Origin: Sedimentisphaeraceae bacterium JB056
Lineage (GTDB): Bacteria > Planctomycetota > Phycisphaerae > Sedimentisphaerales > Sedimentisphaeraceae
Direction of reading: 5' to 3'
DNA length: 64,000 nt
NCBI GenBank assembly: GCA_044440125.1
Contig: JBITAJ010000018.1
Location: 32,001-96,000 of the forward strand
The position numbers and the translations under genes were made by a program. Under the pieces are notes generated by a model. It saw nothing but the letters and a program-made list of their open reading frames with translations, did no database searches and was not told the DNA's origin. This document shows positions 16,981 to 26,648 of the stretch, piece after piece. Within the stretch, counting starts at the first letter, position 1, and every line of letters begins with the position of its first letter.

Positions 16981-19191
16981 ATGAAGTTGATAAGAATTGT
17001 TCTGGTTGCATTTCTTGTGGTATTGATATCAAATACCACGAAGGCATCACTGGTCGCTTATTATGATTTTGATAATCAGAGTGACCTGAAGCTTGATAGT
17101 TCGGGAACTGGTAAAGTTCTCACGTTGTATGATGCAGAGGGTGATTACTCTGCAGAAGGAGTGAATGGAGGTTGTGTTGATATTAATACGACAACCCAAG
17201 GTTATAGGGCAATTTATGACAGCATATTCCCTGCAGGCGATGTGTCATTCTCTACATGGGTTAAGGTAGAGGGGACAAGCGGTATGGTTATGCAGCCTTA
17301 TAATTTAGAGGCCGGCATGGCGATAACAATAGCGGCGGATACTTACCGTTTCTGGATATTCAGCAGCACCGGCACAAGCGGCAGCTATACGGCCATTAAT
17401 TCCGGTATATCGCCTCAGCTTGACACATGGACGCATCTTGCTATGACTTTTGATACCGATGGAACGACCGATGCAAACGGTAACTACAGCGGCACTTTCA
17501 AATGCTATATAAATGGACAGCTTGTCAGCAGTACAACAGAGCTATATCATCCTTTGGGATATAGAGGCCATAATAACGGTATCTGCATTGGTAAGCGTGC
17601 TACTACATATTTCAATGGCAAATATGATGATATTGCTATGTTTGATACGGCATTGAATAATGTAGAGATCAGTTCTCTTGCTAACAATCTCTGTACTCCT
17701 TTGAATGCTGAAGGCTTTGTTCCAGAACAAACTACTGAGCTTATTGGATACTACAGCTTTGATGATTCAAGTAATATGGCTCATGATTATTCAGGTAACG
17801 GTTATGACCTGATTAATGACAGTATTTATCTTGTTACAGACTACACCTCAGAAGGAGCAGTGGATGGAGCTGCCGTATTTGATGGTTCGACTCAGGGGTA
17901 TCTTGGCGATACTGCTCTTTATCCGGGAGGTTCTTTCAGTGTGTCATTCTGGTCTAAGTCAGATGTTGAAGGTGTGAGCAAGATTCTTACACGTGCTTAT
18001 AATAATGGAAACGGATATGCTCTTACTCTTGTCAGCGGTGAGTACCGTTTTTATACTTATCATGTTGGCGGGGTTGGGTATTCTTACGTTAGATCATATC
18101 TTTATTCCAAAGCAGGCCAGTGGGATCATATTGCAATGACTTTCAATAGTAATGGTGCTACTGATGATGATGGCAATTATACCGGAACAATAGTCGCATA
18201 TATTAATGGGTATCAAGTTGGTACTCTTACCGGAGCAAAATACAATCCTGGCAATGCGGCATATTTGTGTTTCGGCAAAAGAGCTACAGATAGTTATGAT
18301 GGTGTGATGGATGAGTTCGCAGTATTCAGTGGTGTGCTTAATCCTACAGAAGTTAATGCACTGGCATTGAAGGTTGCTGTACCTTCTGATGTTGTTGGGT
18401 ATTCGAATGTTTATACGCCTGTTGCATACTATAATTTCAATGACCCTAATGATCCGGTTCAAGGCTTGAAGGGTGATAAGTCTGGTAACAATAAGCATCT
18501 TACACTGTATGACAATGATGGTGATTCTTCTGATGACGGTATAACCGGCACAAGCGTTGATTTCAGCGATGCTCTTCAGGGATACAGACAGATAGATACA
18601 AGTATATTCCCTGATGGTGATTTTACTTTTGCCACATGGATCAAATACGAAGACTACAGCGCTATGATTGTCCAGCCTTTCCGTACGGAAGCGGGATTCC
18701 AGATTACTATAGCATCAAATACTTTAAGATTCTGGATATTCAGAAGCACTGGAACTGGTGGTACTTATAGTGTAGTAAATTCAGGCATTTCACCTACAAC
18801 TGATGAGTGGATGCATATTGCTATGACATTTGATACTGATGGCAGCACAGATGAGTATGGCAACTATTATGGTGAAATGAAATATTATATAAACGGAATA
18901 CTTCAGGGGACAAGCAGTGAGCTTTATCATCCTACTGGTTTCCGTGGGGATACTCTTGGTATTTGTATAGGCAGAAGAGGAACTTACACATTTAACGGTA
19001 AGTTTGATGATCTTGCGATATGGGATAAGGCTCTTGGTGACTGGCAGATATTGGGATTGGTTACAGAAGAATATTCACCTATGACACTTCCTGCTTATCA
19101 GGTTGCAGAATCTGATTTTAATGCTGACGGCAGCGTTGATTTGCTTGACTTCAGTATTTTGGCAGAAAACTGGTTTAAGAGCAGTTATTAA
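16981..19191 (+). CDS. Secreted triple LamG/ConA-like protein with C-terminal half-dockerin tail
   Basis: Signal peptide. Three repeats of AYY.FD...W.H.AMTF...YING...IG.R...G..DD. Tail SDFNADGSVDLLDFSILAENWF. Confidence 0.85.
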   Translation: MKLIRIVLVAFLVVLISNTTKASLVAYYDFDNQSDLKLDSSGTGKVLTLYDAEGDYSAEGVNGGCVDINTTTQGYRAIYDSIFPAGDVSFSTWVKVEGTSGMVMQPYNLEAGMAITIAADTYRFWIFSSTGTSGSYTAINSGISPQLDTWTHLAMTFDTDGTTDANGNYSGTFKCYINGQLVSSTTELYHPLGYRGHNNGICIGKRATTYFNGKYDDIAMFDTALNNVEISSLANNLCTPLNAEGFVPEQTTELIGYYSFDDSSNMAHDYSGNGYDLINDSIYLVTDYTSEGAVDGAAVFDGSTQGYLGDTALYPGGSFSVSFWSKSDVEGVSKILTRAYNNGNGYALTLVSGEYRFYTYHVGGVGYSYVRSYLYSKAGQWDHIAMTFNSNGATDDDGNYTGTIVAYINGYQVGTLTGAKYNPGNAAYLCFGKRATDSYDGVMDEFAVFSGVLNPTEVNALALKVAVPSDVVGYSNVYTPVAYYNFNDPNDPVQGLKGDKSGNNKHLTLYDNDGDSSDDGITGTSVDFSDALQGYRQIDTSIFPDGDFTFATWIKYEDYSAMIVQPFRTEAGFQITIASNTLRFWIFRSTGTGGTYSVVNSGISPTTDEWMHIAMTFDTDGSTDEYGNYYGEMKYYINGILQGTSSELYHPTGFRGDTLGICIGRRGTYTFNGKFDDLAIWDKALGDWQILGLVTEEYSPMTLPAYQVAESDFNADGSVDLLDFSILAENWFKSSY

Positions 19192-19368
19192 GATAATTAG
19201 TAAGTGTTCACACCGCTGCTTAGAATCTTACATTAATACACTATGGTTGCTGTTTACGTTAAATCCAAACAGAATTCAGTGCAAAAAATGCCAGTTTTAG
19301 GTAACCGCGTGAACGGCTATGATAATTAAGAAAGTATAATGTTAATGCATGTCAGAGAGACAAATATT

Positions 19369-20196
19369 ATGAAGAAAAAGGCTTTTACTCTAATAGAACT
19401 TCTTGTGGTGATATCAATCATCGCATTGCTTATGGCTATAATGATGCCTGCTTTAAGCAAGGCAAAGGAACAGGCCAACAAGATGGTTTGCAGTTCACGC
19501 ATGAGAAGCGTCAGCGTAGGGCCGTTTTTGTTTGCCAATGATAATAATGGCTGGTTCCCGATGACTGACGGTACTACCTTTGGTGATATAAACGCCGGAG
19601 ATGGCTGTCAGGAATGTGTAAATATGGGTAGCGTTTATCCTCAGCGTGATTTGTGGTATATTGATATTGCGCCATATCTGGGATTGACAGAAGACCCTTA
19701 TGTTAAGCAGAGTTGGATGCAGGCGGAAACCAAGGGACTTGATGCTCCGAAGATATACCAGTGTGCTTCAATGAAAAAAACATATTACGGTACTAAAGGT
19801 CTTGCCTTTGGATGGAACTGGAACGGCATGGGGTATAAGTGCAAGGATTATTTTGATCCCAAAGCTAAAAATTACTGGTTGCCGAGAAAACCATCCCAGA
19901 TAACCAGCGCTGCTGTAACCGGTATTATTGGTGAAAATCCGCTTGGACAGGATCCCGAACTTGAAAAAAATGCACCGCGTCATTATTGGGGCGGTCAGGT
20001 ATGGGAACAGTATACCGGTGGTAAATATGGATTCTATTTCTATGGTGACAGACATAGCGGGGGTTCAAGTTATATTTGTGTTGACGGCCATGTTGAATAC
20101 AGAAAAATTGATGAATACATCGAAGATTACGAACGCCAGAGAGGCAATATCGGTGCAGGTTCAGGAATTATTTTCCCAGGACCTCGCAGATGGTAA
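19369..20196 (+). CDS. Prepilin-type N-terminal cleavage/methylation protein with H-X9-DG motif (DUF1559-like)
   Basis: [34 protein letters not shown]...C; C-terminal RH-SGGSSYICV-DGHVE. Confidence 0.93.
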   Translation: MKKKAFTLIELLVVISIIALLMAIMMPALSKAKEQANKMVCSSRMRSVSVGPFLFANDNNGWFPMTDGTTFGDINAGDGCQECVNMGSVYPQRDLWYIDIAPYLGLTEDPYVKQSWMQAETKGLDAPKIYQCASMKKTYYGTKGLAFGWNWNGMGYKCKDYFDPKAKNYWLPRKPSQITSAAVTGIIGENPLGQDPELEKNAPRHYWGGQVWEQYTGGKYGFYFYGDRHSGGSSYICVDGHVEYRKIDEYIEDYERQRGNIGAGSGIIFPGPRRW

Positions 20197-20251
20197 TCTC
20201 TGACGAGAATCGTTCTAAAAAGTTAACAATCAATAATGGAGAATTATTATT

Positions 20252-22537
20252 ATGTTTAAGATGATAAATATTATAGTGCTGCTGTGTGTTGCGTTAAGTT
20301 ATGCTGCACCAACAAGCTCACCATGGGATCATCAGGGTTCAGAGCTTAGTCAGAGCGTTACTATAACTCCGGGCACTTCGCCTATTACGTACACTTCGGC
20401 TTTTACTCGTGAGCGTGAAATATACGGTTATAATCCAAGGTTTATGCCGCTGCCGGTAGTGTTTGATAAAGACAATCGTCCTTTTATTCTGACTGCAGTT
20501 CCTCCGGGAAATACTGTCGGAAGTATTGACAGTTTCTATACAGGAAGTGAAAGAACAGAAGAAGCCTTTATACAGACTCTTGACGATAATGGTAACTGGG
20601 TTACGTACAGTATAACTGACGATATTATGAGATCGCTATACAGTTATACTCAGTATGCTGGTCCTGAGATAACTGCCGGTTACAAATGGGAAGATCGTAT
20701 CTTTTTCGATGATGACAATAATATTCGTTTTACAATGATTTCAGAGGCTCCTGATGTCAGCGGTACAGTACTTGTCTATTCAGAAGACGGCATGGAGACT
20801 TGGAAAAGCCTGCACTTGAACTATATCTATAATACTTCAGTTGAGTCATTTGATACGTTCTCTGCTTCAGAATATGGCTTGCCTACTATATGTCATGCAC
20901 AAACCGGAGATAGCGGCAATAAGGAACTCTTTCTTTGTAAGCTTGCTAAAGACCCTATGGGTAATTTTATGTTTGACCAGATGGTTAATATTGTAGGTGA
21001 GGAAGGTAAGTTTGGGCCGGGGCATTCAGGGTATTTGAATTATACACTGACTATTGGTGACAGGATTCATTACTTTTGGATGGATCAGCTTAATCAGGCT
21101 CCAGGCGAAGAAACAAGGCAGTATCACAATTACTATGATACAAGCACAGGTTTTGTCAGCACACCTACTTTTCTTGGCTCAACAGTGGGAACATGGTATG
21201 GAGATGCAGAGCCATATGTTCCTGTAGACCCTCACAATGGCCCAAGTGCTACTGTTGACAGAAATAAGACTATTCATGTAGTTCTTGGCGGTCACGGCAC
21301 ACAGGCGAAATATACCTATTCTACCGATAATGGTGATTCGTGGGAACCAGTTACAAATCTCCCTGGCGGTAATGTTTACAATACATACCCAACTCTCATC
21401 ACAGACAGAGAGAATACGGTTCATATGGCTTATCGTGCTACTCTTTCACCGGGCAGCTATCAGCTTGCTTATGCACGTAAGGCTGAAGGTCAGCCGTGGG
21501 AAGATATGGGTGCATTGGTTCAGCCTGGTAATGATGGATACAGTGTTTACTATCACACAATGACTGTCGACAGACTTGGACGTCTATTCCTCCAGTATTA
21601 CTATCGTGCTGATACAATGAGTGAAGCTGATAAGGCTGAATATAGAGCAAAATGGCCATCACAGCCAGATCCCGATGTAGAGATTTATACACACGATCCT
21701 GTTATTATCATGAGTGATAACGGCGGTGATACATGGAAAATCGCTACAACGCAGGATTTTGCTGACGGTCTTATTGATGATACCAAGCCGGTTGCTGTAT
21801 ATAACTTTGATGGTGGAAATCTTGGTTATGATATGGCCGGTGGTGACAATAGCCTGACAACAGCTTATGGTGCTCCTGTATCTGTGAGTGGACTTGTAGG
21901 TAATGCCGCTGATTTTGATGGTTCATCTGCGTTAGCCGGTTCACTTGATCAGGCACAGGAAATTACAGATGGTGCATTTACTGTTACAGGTTGGTTTAAG
22001 CTTGCTTCTGCACCTTCAGCTCTTTCAAATCTTGTTAATGCCAAGACTGGTCAGAGTGGTTTTGCTCTTATGGTTAATAATGGTCAATGGATTGGTTACA
22101 CTTACGCTGATGGTTACAATGATTCAGTTGTTTCATCAGCCGCCACAACTGCCGGTCAGTGGACCCATATAGCCTTTACTTATATGCCTGCCGGAGAACC
22201 GGATGCTTCTGGTGTCTATACAGGAACAAGTAAGCTTTATGTTGATGGAAGTCTTGTTGCAGAGGCTGCGGGTAAGAAGTATGCTCCTACCGGTTCAAAG
22301 ACTATTGCGGTTGCATCAAGTACTCTTGGTACAGACTTCTTCGGATGCACGGTTGATGAACTTGGCGTATTCGCCGGAGCTATGCCTGCGGCGAAGATTA
22401 AAGAGCTTGCAGCTAATATTTACATACCTTCTAACGTAAGTCGTGAGCTTTTCTATCAGGGCGATCTTAACAATGATGGTTTTGTAGATATTTCTGATTA
22501 CGTTGATTTTGTTTCATCATGGCTCGTAAGTAATTAA
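20252..22537 (+). CDS. Secreted BNR-4-like beta-propeller (lyase-like) + LamG + half-dockerin tail
   Basis: Asp-boxes SEDGMETW, STDNGDSW and SDNGGDTW. DPHNGPSATVD..TIHVVLGGH, TYP and YSVYY motifs. Tail GDLNNDGFVDISDYVDFVSSWL. Confidence 0.8.
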   Translation: MFKMINIIVLLCVALSYAAPTSSPWDHQGSELSQSVTITPGTSPITYTSAFTREREIYGYNPRFMPLPVVFDKDNRPFILTAVPPGNTVGSIDSFYTGSERTEEAFIQTLDDNGNWVTYSITDDIMRSLYSYTQYAGPEITAGYKWEDRIFFDDDNNIRFTMISEAPDVSGTVLVYSEDGMETWKSLHLNYIYNTSVESFDTFSASEYGLPTICHAQTGDSGNKELFLCKLAKDPMGNFMFDQMVNIVGEEGKFGPGHSGYLNYTLTIGDRIHYFWMDQLNQAPGEETRQYHNYYDTSTGFVSTPTFLGSTVGTWYGDAEPYVPVDPHNGPSATVDRNKTIHVVLGGHGTQAKYTYSTDNGDSWEPVTNLPGGNVYNTYPTLITDRENTVHMAYRATLSPGSYQLAYARKAEGQPWEDMGALVQPGNDGYSVYYHTMTVDRLGRLFLQYYYRADTMSEADKAEYRAKWPSQPDPDVEIYTHDPVIIMSDNGGDTWKIATTQDFADGLIDDTKPVAVYNFDGGNLGYDMAGGDNSLTTAYGAPVSVSGLVGNAADFDGSSALAGSLDQAQEITDGAFTVTGWFKLASAPSALSNLVNAKTGQSGFALMVNNGQWIGYTYADGYNDSVVSSAATTAGQWTHIAFTYMPAGEPDASGVYTGTSKLYVDGSLVAEAAGKKYAPTGSKTIAVASSTLGTDFFGCTVDELGVFAGAMPAAKIKELAANIYIPSNVSRELFYQGDLNNDGFVDISDYVDFVSSWLVSN

Positions 22538-22558
22538 CAACACAAGCACAAATAACTG

Positions 22559-22593
22559 TTTCAAGGGCAGGGTGTTTCATCCTGCCCTTGAAA
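22559..22593. terminator. Strong hairpin at the end of cassette 1
   Basis: TTTCAAGGGCAGGGTG-TTT-CATCCTGCCCTTGAAA. Confidence 0.7.
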
Positions 22594-22799
22594 AATAACG
22601 CTAATTATAATATTGTTAGTCGTTATGCGTTTACCTTAATTCATCGATTTTATTCTTAAGAAACAGTTTTTGTGTTTCTACCAAACAGCAATTTTACATG
22701 TTTATACAAGATTTAATAAGTGATGTGAACGGTTATTAATATTATATTTTACTATGTTTGTTTTTTGAGCACTTAATTTTAAGTGTTAGAGAGTAATAT

Positions 22800-23696
22800 A
22801 TGAGATTTGGTATTTGTTTTTTGATATTTTCTGTGTTCTTTTGCGGATTAGCCGTTGCACAGGAACAAGCTAAAAGTGGTTTTGATGTAAATCATACAAA
22901 AAAAATCGAAGATATCAGAAGTCAAGTGATTAATAAAGCCGAATCATTAGCGGCATTTACCTGGAATGAATATGCCGAGTTTCTTGATGAACTGAAAAAA
23001 GATCGTTATATAGTCACAACTGGCAAAGATTTTAATTCGACAGTAAACGATGAAAAGATTGTCGTATATATGCGGCATGATATTGATATAAATCCTTTTG
23101 CCGCATTAAAAATGGCTCAAATGGAAAAGCAAAGAGGGATTTGCTCAACTTTTTATGTGCTTCACAGTGCACGATATTATGGTGTTCAAAGCAGCAGCGG
23201 AGTTTGCAGATATGCCCAAATGGATATTTTATACAAGAAAATAGCTCAAATGGGGCATGAGATTGGTGTACACAATGACCTTATTGGTCTGATGATTCAA
23301 TCTGATATTTCTCCTTTAATATTCCAGCGAAGAGAACTTGATTATTATACTAAAGCAGGATTTGATATTACAGGTGTTGTAAGTCATGGCTCATCGGTGG
23401 TTGCAAAATGCAATCTCAATAATACATGGATATTTTCAGAGTTTGGAAAAAAGGGCATTTTTGAGAATAATGGCAAAATTTATACCTATGGAGATAATTC
23501 ATTTAGAGATTTTGGCTTTGAGTATGAAGGATACAAATTCAAGCTTGATCAGCGTGCTCATGATATAGGTGGTAAATTCACAGCGTCAATCAAGGGGTGT
23601 AATAATTTTGTTGATTTTCTTCAGAAGTGTGAAACAGGTCAGAGAATCTCGATTCTGACGCATCCTGTCTGGTGGGGCAGGAATTTGGGTAAATAG
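22800..23696 (+). CDS. Secreted polysaccharide deacetylase-like (NodB-fold) protein
   Basis: Signal peptide; MRHDID, STFY, GHEIGVH, SHG and LTHPVWW motifs. Confidence 0.65.
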   Translation: MRFGICFLIFSVFFCGLAVAQEQAKSGFDVNHTKKIEDIRSQVINKAESLAAFTWNEYAEFLDELKKDRYIVTTGKDFNSTVNDEKIVVYMRHDIDINPFAALKMAQMEKQRGICSTFYVLHSARYYGVQSSSGVCRYAQMDILYKKIAQMGHEIGVHNDLIGLMIQSDISPLIFQRRELDYYTKAGFDITGVVSHGSSVVAKCNLNNTWIFSEFGKKGIFENNGKIYTYGDNSFRDFGFEYEGYKFKLDQRAHDIGGKFTASIKGCNNFVDFLQKCETGQRISILTHPVWWGRNLGK

Positions 23697-23861
23697 CTAA
23701 AGCACTAATGACAAGAATTCACAGTGGTTACTAAGGTTTAGTGTTAAATGTTTTTAGGAAAGATTCAGAACGGGTTTGCAAATTAAATTGTTCGGTTGTA
23801 GAGGCGGATACATTTAGTATAGAATTAGATTGATAGTTAAATTGGTACTTAAGATATTAAT

Positions 23862-24908
23862 ATGCAGCAGCAAGTAAAACAACTTCGTACGGCAGTTATT
23901 GGCCTTGGCAGGATAGGATGGCAATTCCATCTTCCTCAGCTCAAGGCGCATAAAGAATTTGAATTGACAGCAGTGGTTGATAAACTTCCAGAGCGTCTTC
24001 AGGAAGCTTATGACGAATATAGCGTCAAAGGCTACACTGATTATATTGAGATGCTTGAAAAAGAAAAGCCGGATCTTGTCGTAATTGCCTCGCCGACTAA
24101 ATTTCATAAACAGCACGTGCTTGATTCGTTCAAATATGGCTGTGATGTGTTCTGCGAGAAACCGGTGGTTTCTACTGCCGCGGAGATGGATGAAATAATT
24201 GAGGCTAAAGAGCGTATGGGGCGTAAATTTATGGCTTATCAGCCTCATCGTGGATACAATGATATAGTTTCTTTGAAGCATATAATGTCATTAGGCGTCT
24301 TAGGCAGGATATACATGATAAAGAGAAGCTGCAGTGCTTTTACGAGAAGAAGCGACTGGCAGGCTTTTCTTATCAATGGTGGTGGGATGCTGAATAATTA
24401 TGGTTCACACTTTATCGATCAACTTTTGTATCTTGCCGGCAGCGATATTTCCGCTTCAAAATGTATAACAAAAAAAATAGCATGTCTTGGGGATGCTGAT
24501 GATGTGGTCAAGGCTGTTTTCGAAACGGAGAACGGCCTTGTCCTCGATTTGGATATAAATATGGCTTGTGCATTTGAAATGCGCCCATGGCAGGTATTGG
24601 GCGACTGTGGAAGCGCTGTTCTCGATCATGATTCTAACATGTGGCGTGTTAAATATTTTGTGCCTGAAGAGCTACAGAATGTGCCTATATGCAAAGAACT
24701 TGCCGCAGAAGGTCGCAGCTATACTAATGGAGAGACAATCCCCTGGAGACTTAAAGAATTCAAGCTGGACAAATTCGATCCTGTTGATTATTACGGGAAA
24801 TGTTATGAGTATTTTGCATTGGATAATAAGCCTTTTGTTGATATAACTGAATCGAAACGTCTTATAGATGTGATTGAGAATTGCAGAGGATGTACTGAAT
24901 CTATTTGA
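23862..24908 (+). CDS. Gfo/Idh/MocA family oxidoreductase
   Basis: IGLGRIG, CEKPV, RRSDWQ and GGMLNNYGSHFIDQ motifs. Confidence 0.93.
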   Translation: MQQQVKQLRTAVIGLGRIGWQFHLPQLKAHKEFELTAVVDKLPERLQEAYDEYSVKGYTDYIEMLEKEKPDLVVIASPTKFHKQHVLDSFKYGCDVFCEKPVVSTAAEMDEIIEAKERMGRKFMAYQPHRGYNDIVSLKHIMSLGVLGRIYMIKRSCSAFTRRSDWQAFLINGGGMLNNYGSHFIDQLLYLAGSDISASKCITKKIACLGDADDVVKAVFETENGLVLDLDINMACAFEMRPWQVLGDCGSAVLDHDSNMWRVKYFVPEELQNVPICKELAAEGRSYTNGETIPWRLKEFKLDKFDPVDYYGKCYEYFALDNKPFVDITESKRLIDVIENCRGCTESI

Positions 24909-24933
24909 TAAAGAAAAGAGGGTGTATCTGAAT

Positions 24934-26547
24934 ATGAATAATATTACAAGACGACAATTTACGGCAAGTGCTTTAGCAGCAAGTTTTGCAGCCGCTTCAG
25001 GTTCTGCTGCTGTAAATAAGGGTACTGCGGAAATAGCTGATGTCAGAAAGGCTTTTAAGTCAACAAAAGGCAAATACAATATCGTCATAATCAAGACAGA
25101 TCAACAGAGAGGCGATACTATTAATTGTCTTGGCAATAAGCATATGATTACACCTAATCTTGATAAATTTGCTTCTGATTCAGTAGTTTTTTCCAATGCG
25201 TTTTGTTGCGGGGCAACTTGCGTTGTTTCAAGGGCGGCATTTTATACAGGCAGGTTTGCGATAAATACCGGCATTTATACCTTCCAGAATTGGGCTGATC
25301 AGCCTACTTGGCTTGATGATATACGAGAGGCCGGTTATTATCTTACGGCAGTTGGTAAAAATCATCATATGCCTTTTGATGCTCCTATGGCATATCATGA
25401 GCGCCTTATAGTGGAGAATTTTCCACTTTATGAATCGTGGGATGATTTCAGTAATTATCTTGAAGAAAACAATCAGCCGCGTCCGCTGAAAATGCTTACC
25501 GAAGATGGTAAGTGGATGGAAAAATGCGGCAGTGATGTTTATCCGCTTGAGGAAAAATATTATGCCGATAACTATGTTGGGACAAAAGCTGTTGAGTGGA
25601 TAAATAAATATGAGAAAGATGAACCGTTTTTCCTACATATAGGTTTTCAGGGACCACACGATCCATTCACTGTGCCTGAACGTTTCTTGAGGATGTATGA
25701 TGATGTTGATGTGCCAAAGCCTGTTGATGCTGATGGCGGAGAGAATAAGCCGCCGCAGTATGAACGTTTCAGGCGAACAGTGGCAGACCCTTTGCGTGGA
25801 TTTGATACGCCTCCAATTTACGGCAGCTGTTATATTGATCTTGAAGGCAAGTCTGAAGAAGATATAACAAGAATGAGAAAGCATTATTATGCGAAAGTTA
25901 CAGCTATTGATGAACAGCTTGGATTTATTATGGATGCTCTTGAGCAAAAAGGGGTTTTGGATAATACAATAGTCGTCTTTACTTCTGATCATGGTGAAAA
26001 TCTCGCTGACCATAAGCTGGTTTATAAATGGCTTATGACTGATCAGGCGACTAATGTACCTATGATGGTCATGTTGCCGAAGAAGCTTAGAAGAACCGAT
26101 GTTGATGATAGACTTTTTACTCAGATTGATGTAGGGCCGACATTGCTTGACCTTTGTCGTATTAAGCCTACTGTTAAGCTTGACGGCAAGAGCAATAAAA
26201 ATAGGCTTATATCTGGCAGCGATGAAAATGTGCCGGATACAGTTTATTGCTTTAAGCAGTATCTTACAATGGCAAGAACTGAGACCGAAAAGGTCATCAA
26301 TTATGCCGGTCAGCCTTACGGCGAATATTATAATCTTGCCGCAGACCCAACAGAATCAAAAAATCTTTACGATACAGAAAAGACAAAGACGAATAAAATT
26401 GAAGCGAAGATGTATGATTATTTCAGTTCGCTTCGTTTCTTGGGTACAGAGCAATTATTTTCAAAAAGTATAAATGATCCAAAACCTAAGTCTAAACTGC
26501 GATTATATCCGCAGATATACGTTAAAGATCCTTATCGACTTCATTAA
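24934..26547 (+). CDS. Tat-exported sulfatase-family protein with non-canonical CVVSR motif
   Basis: TRRQF Tat signal; TDQQR.D, CVVSRAAFYTG, GKNH, PHDP and TSDHGE motifs. Confidence 0.88.
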   Translation: MNNITRRQFTASALAASFAAASGSAAVNKGTAEIADVRKAFKSTKGKYNIVIIKTDQQRGDTINCLGNKHMITPNLDKFASDSVVFSNAFCCGATCVVSRAAFYTGRFAINTGIYTFQNWADQPTWLDDIREAGYYLTAVGKNHHMPFDAPMAYHERLIVENFPLYESWDDFSNYLEENNQPRPLKMLTEDGKWMEKCGSDVYPLEEKYYADNYVGTKAVEWINKYEKDEPFFLHIGFQGPHDPFTVPERFLRMYDDVDVPKPVDADGGENKPPQYERFRRTVADPLRGFDTPPIYGSCYIDLEGKSEEDITRMRKHYYAKVTAIDEQLGFIMDALEQKGVLDNTIVVFTSDHGENLADHKLVYKWLMTDQATNVPMMVMLPKKLRRTDVDDRLFTQIDVGPTLLDLCRIKPTVKLDGKSNKNRLISGSDENVPDTVYCFKQYLTMARTETEKVINYAGQPYGEYYNLAADPTESKNLYDTEKTKTNKIEAKMYDYFSSLRFLGTEQLFSKSINDPKPKSKLRLYPQIYVKDPYRLH

Positions 26548-26648
26548 AAGCAATGCTTCAAAATCAAAAATTTTATTGCTATAACTCGCTCTTTTGTTAA
26601 AATGCAAATACTTAGTTGGTTTCGCTTTTGCGATAAAAAAGAGCATTA

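Noticed and set aside
19369..20196. Pilin genes as a complete T2SS/T4P locus, or as DGR targets
   Set aside because: No ATPase, platform, secretin or prepilin peptidase in the window, and no reverse transcriptase or template/variable repeat pair.
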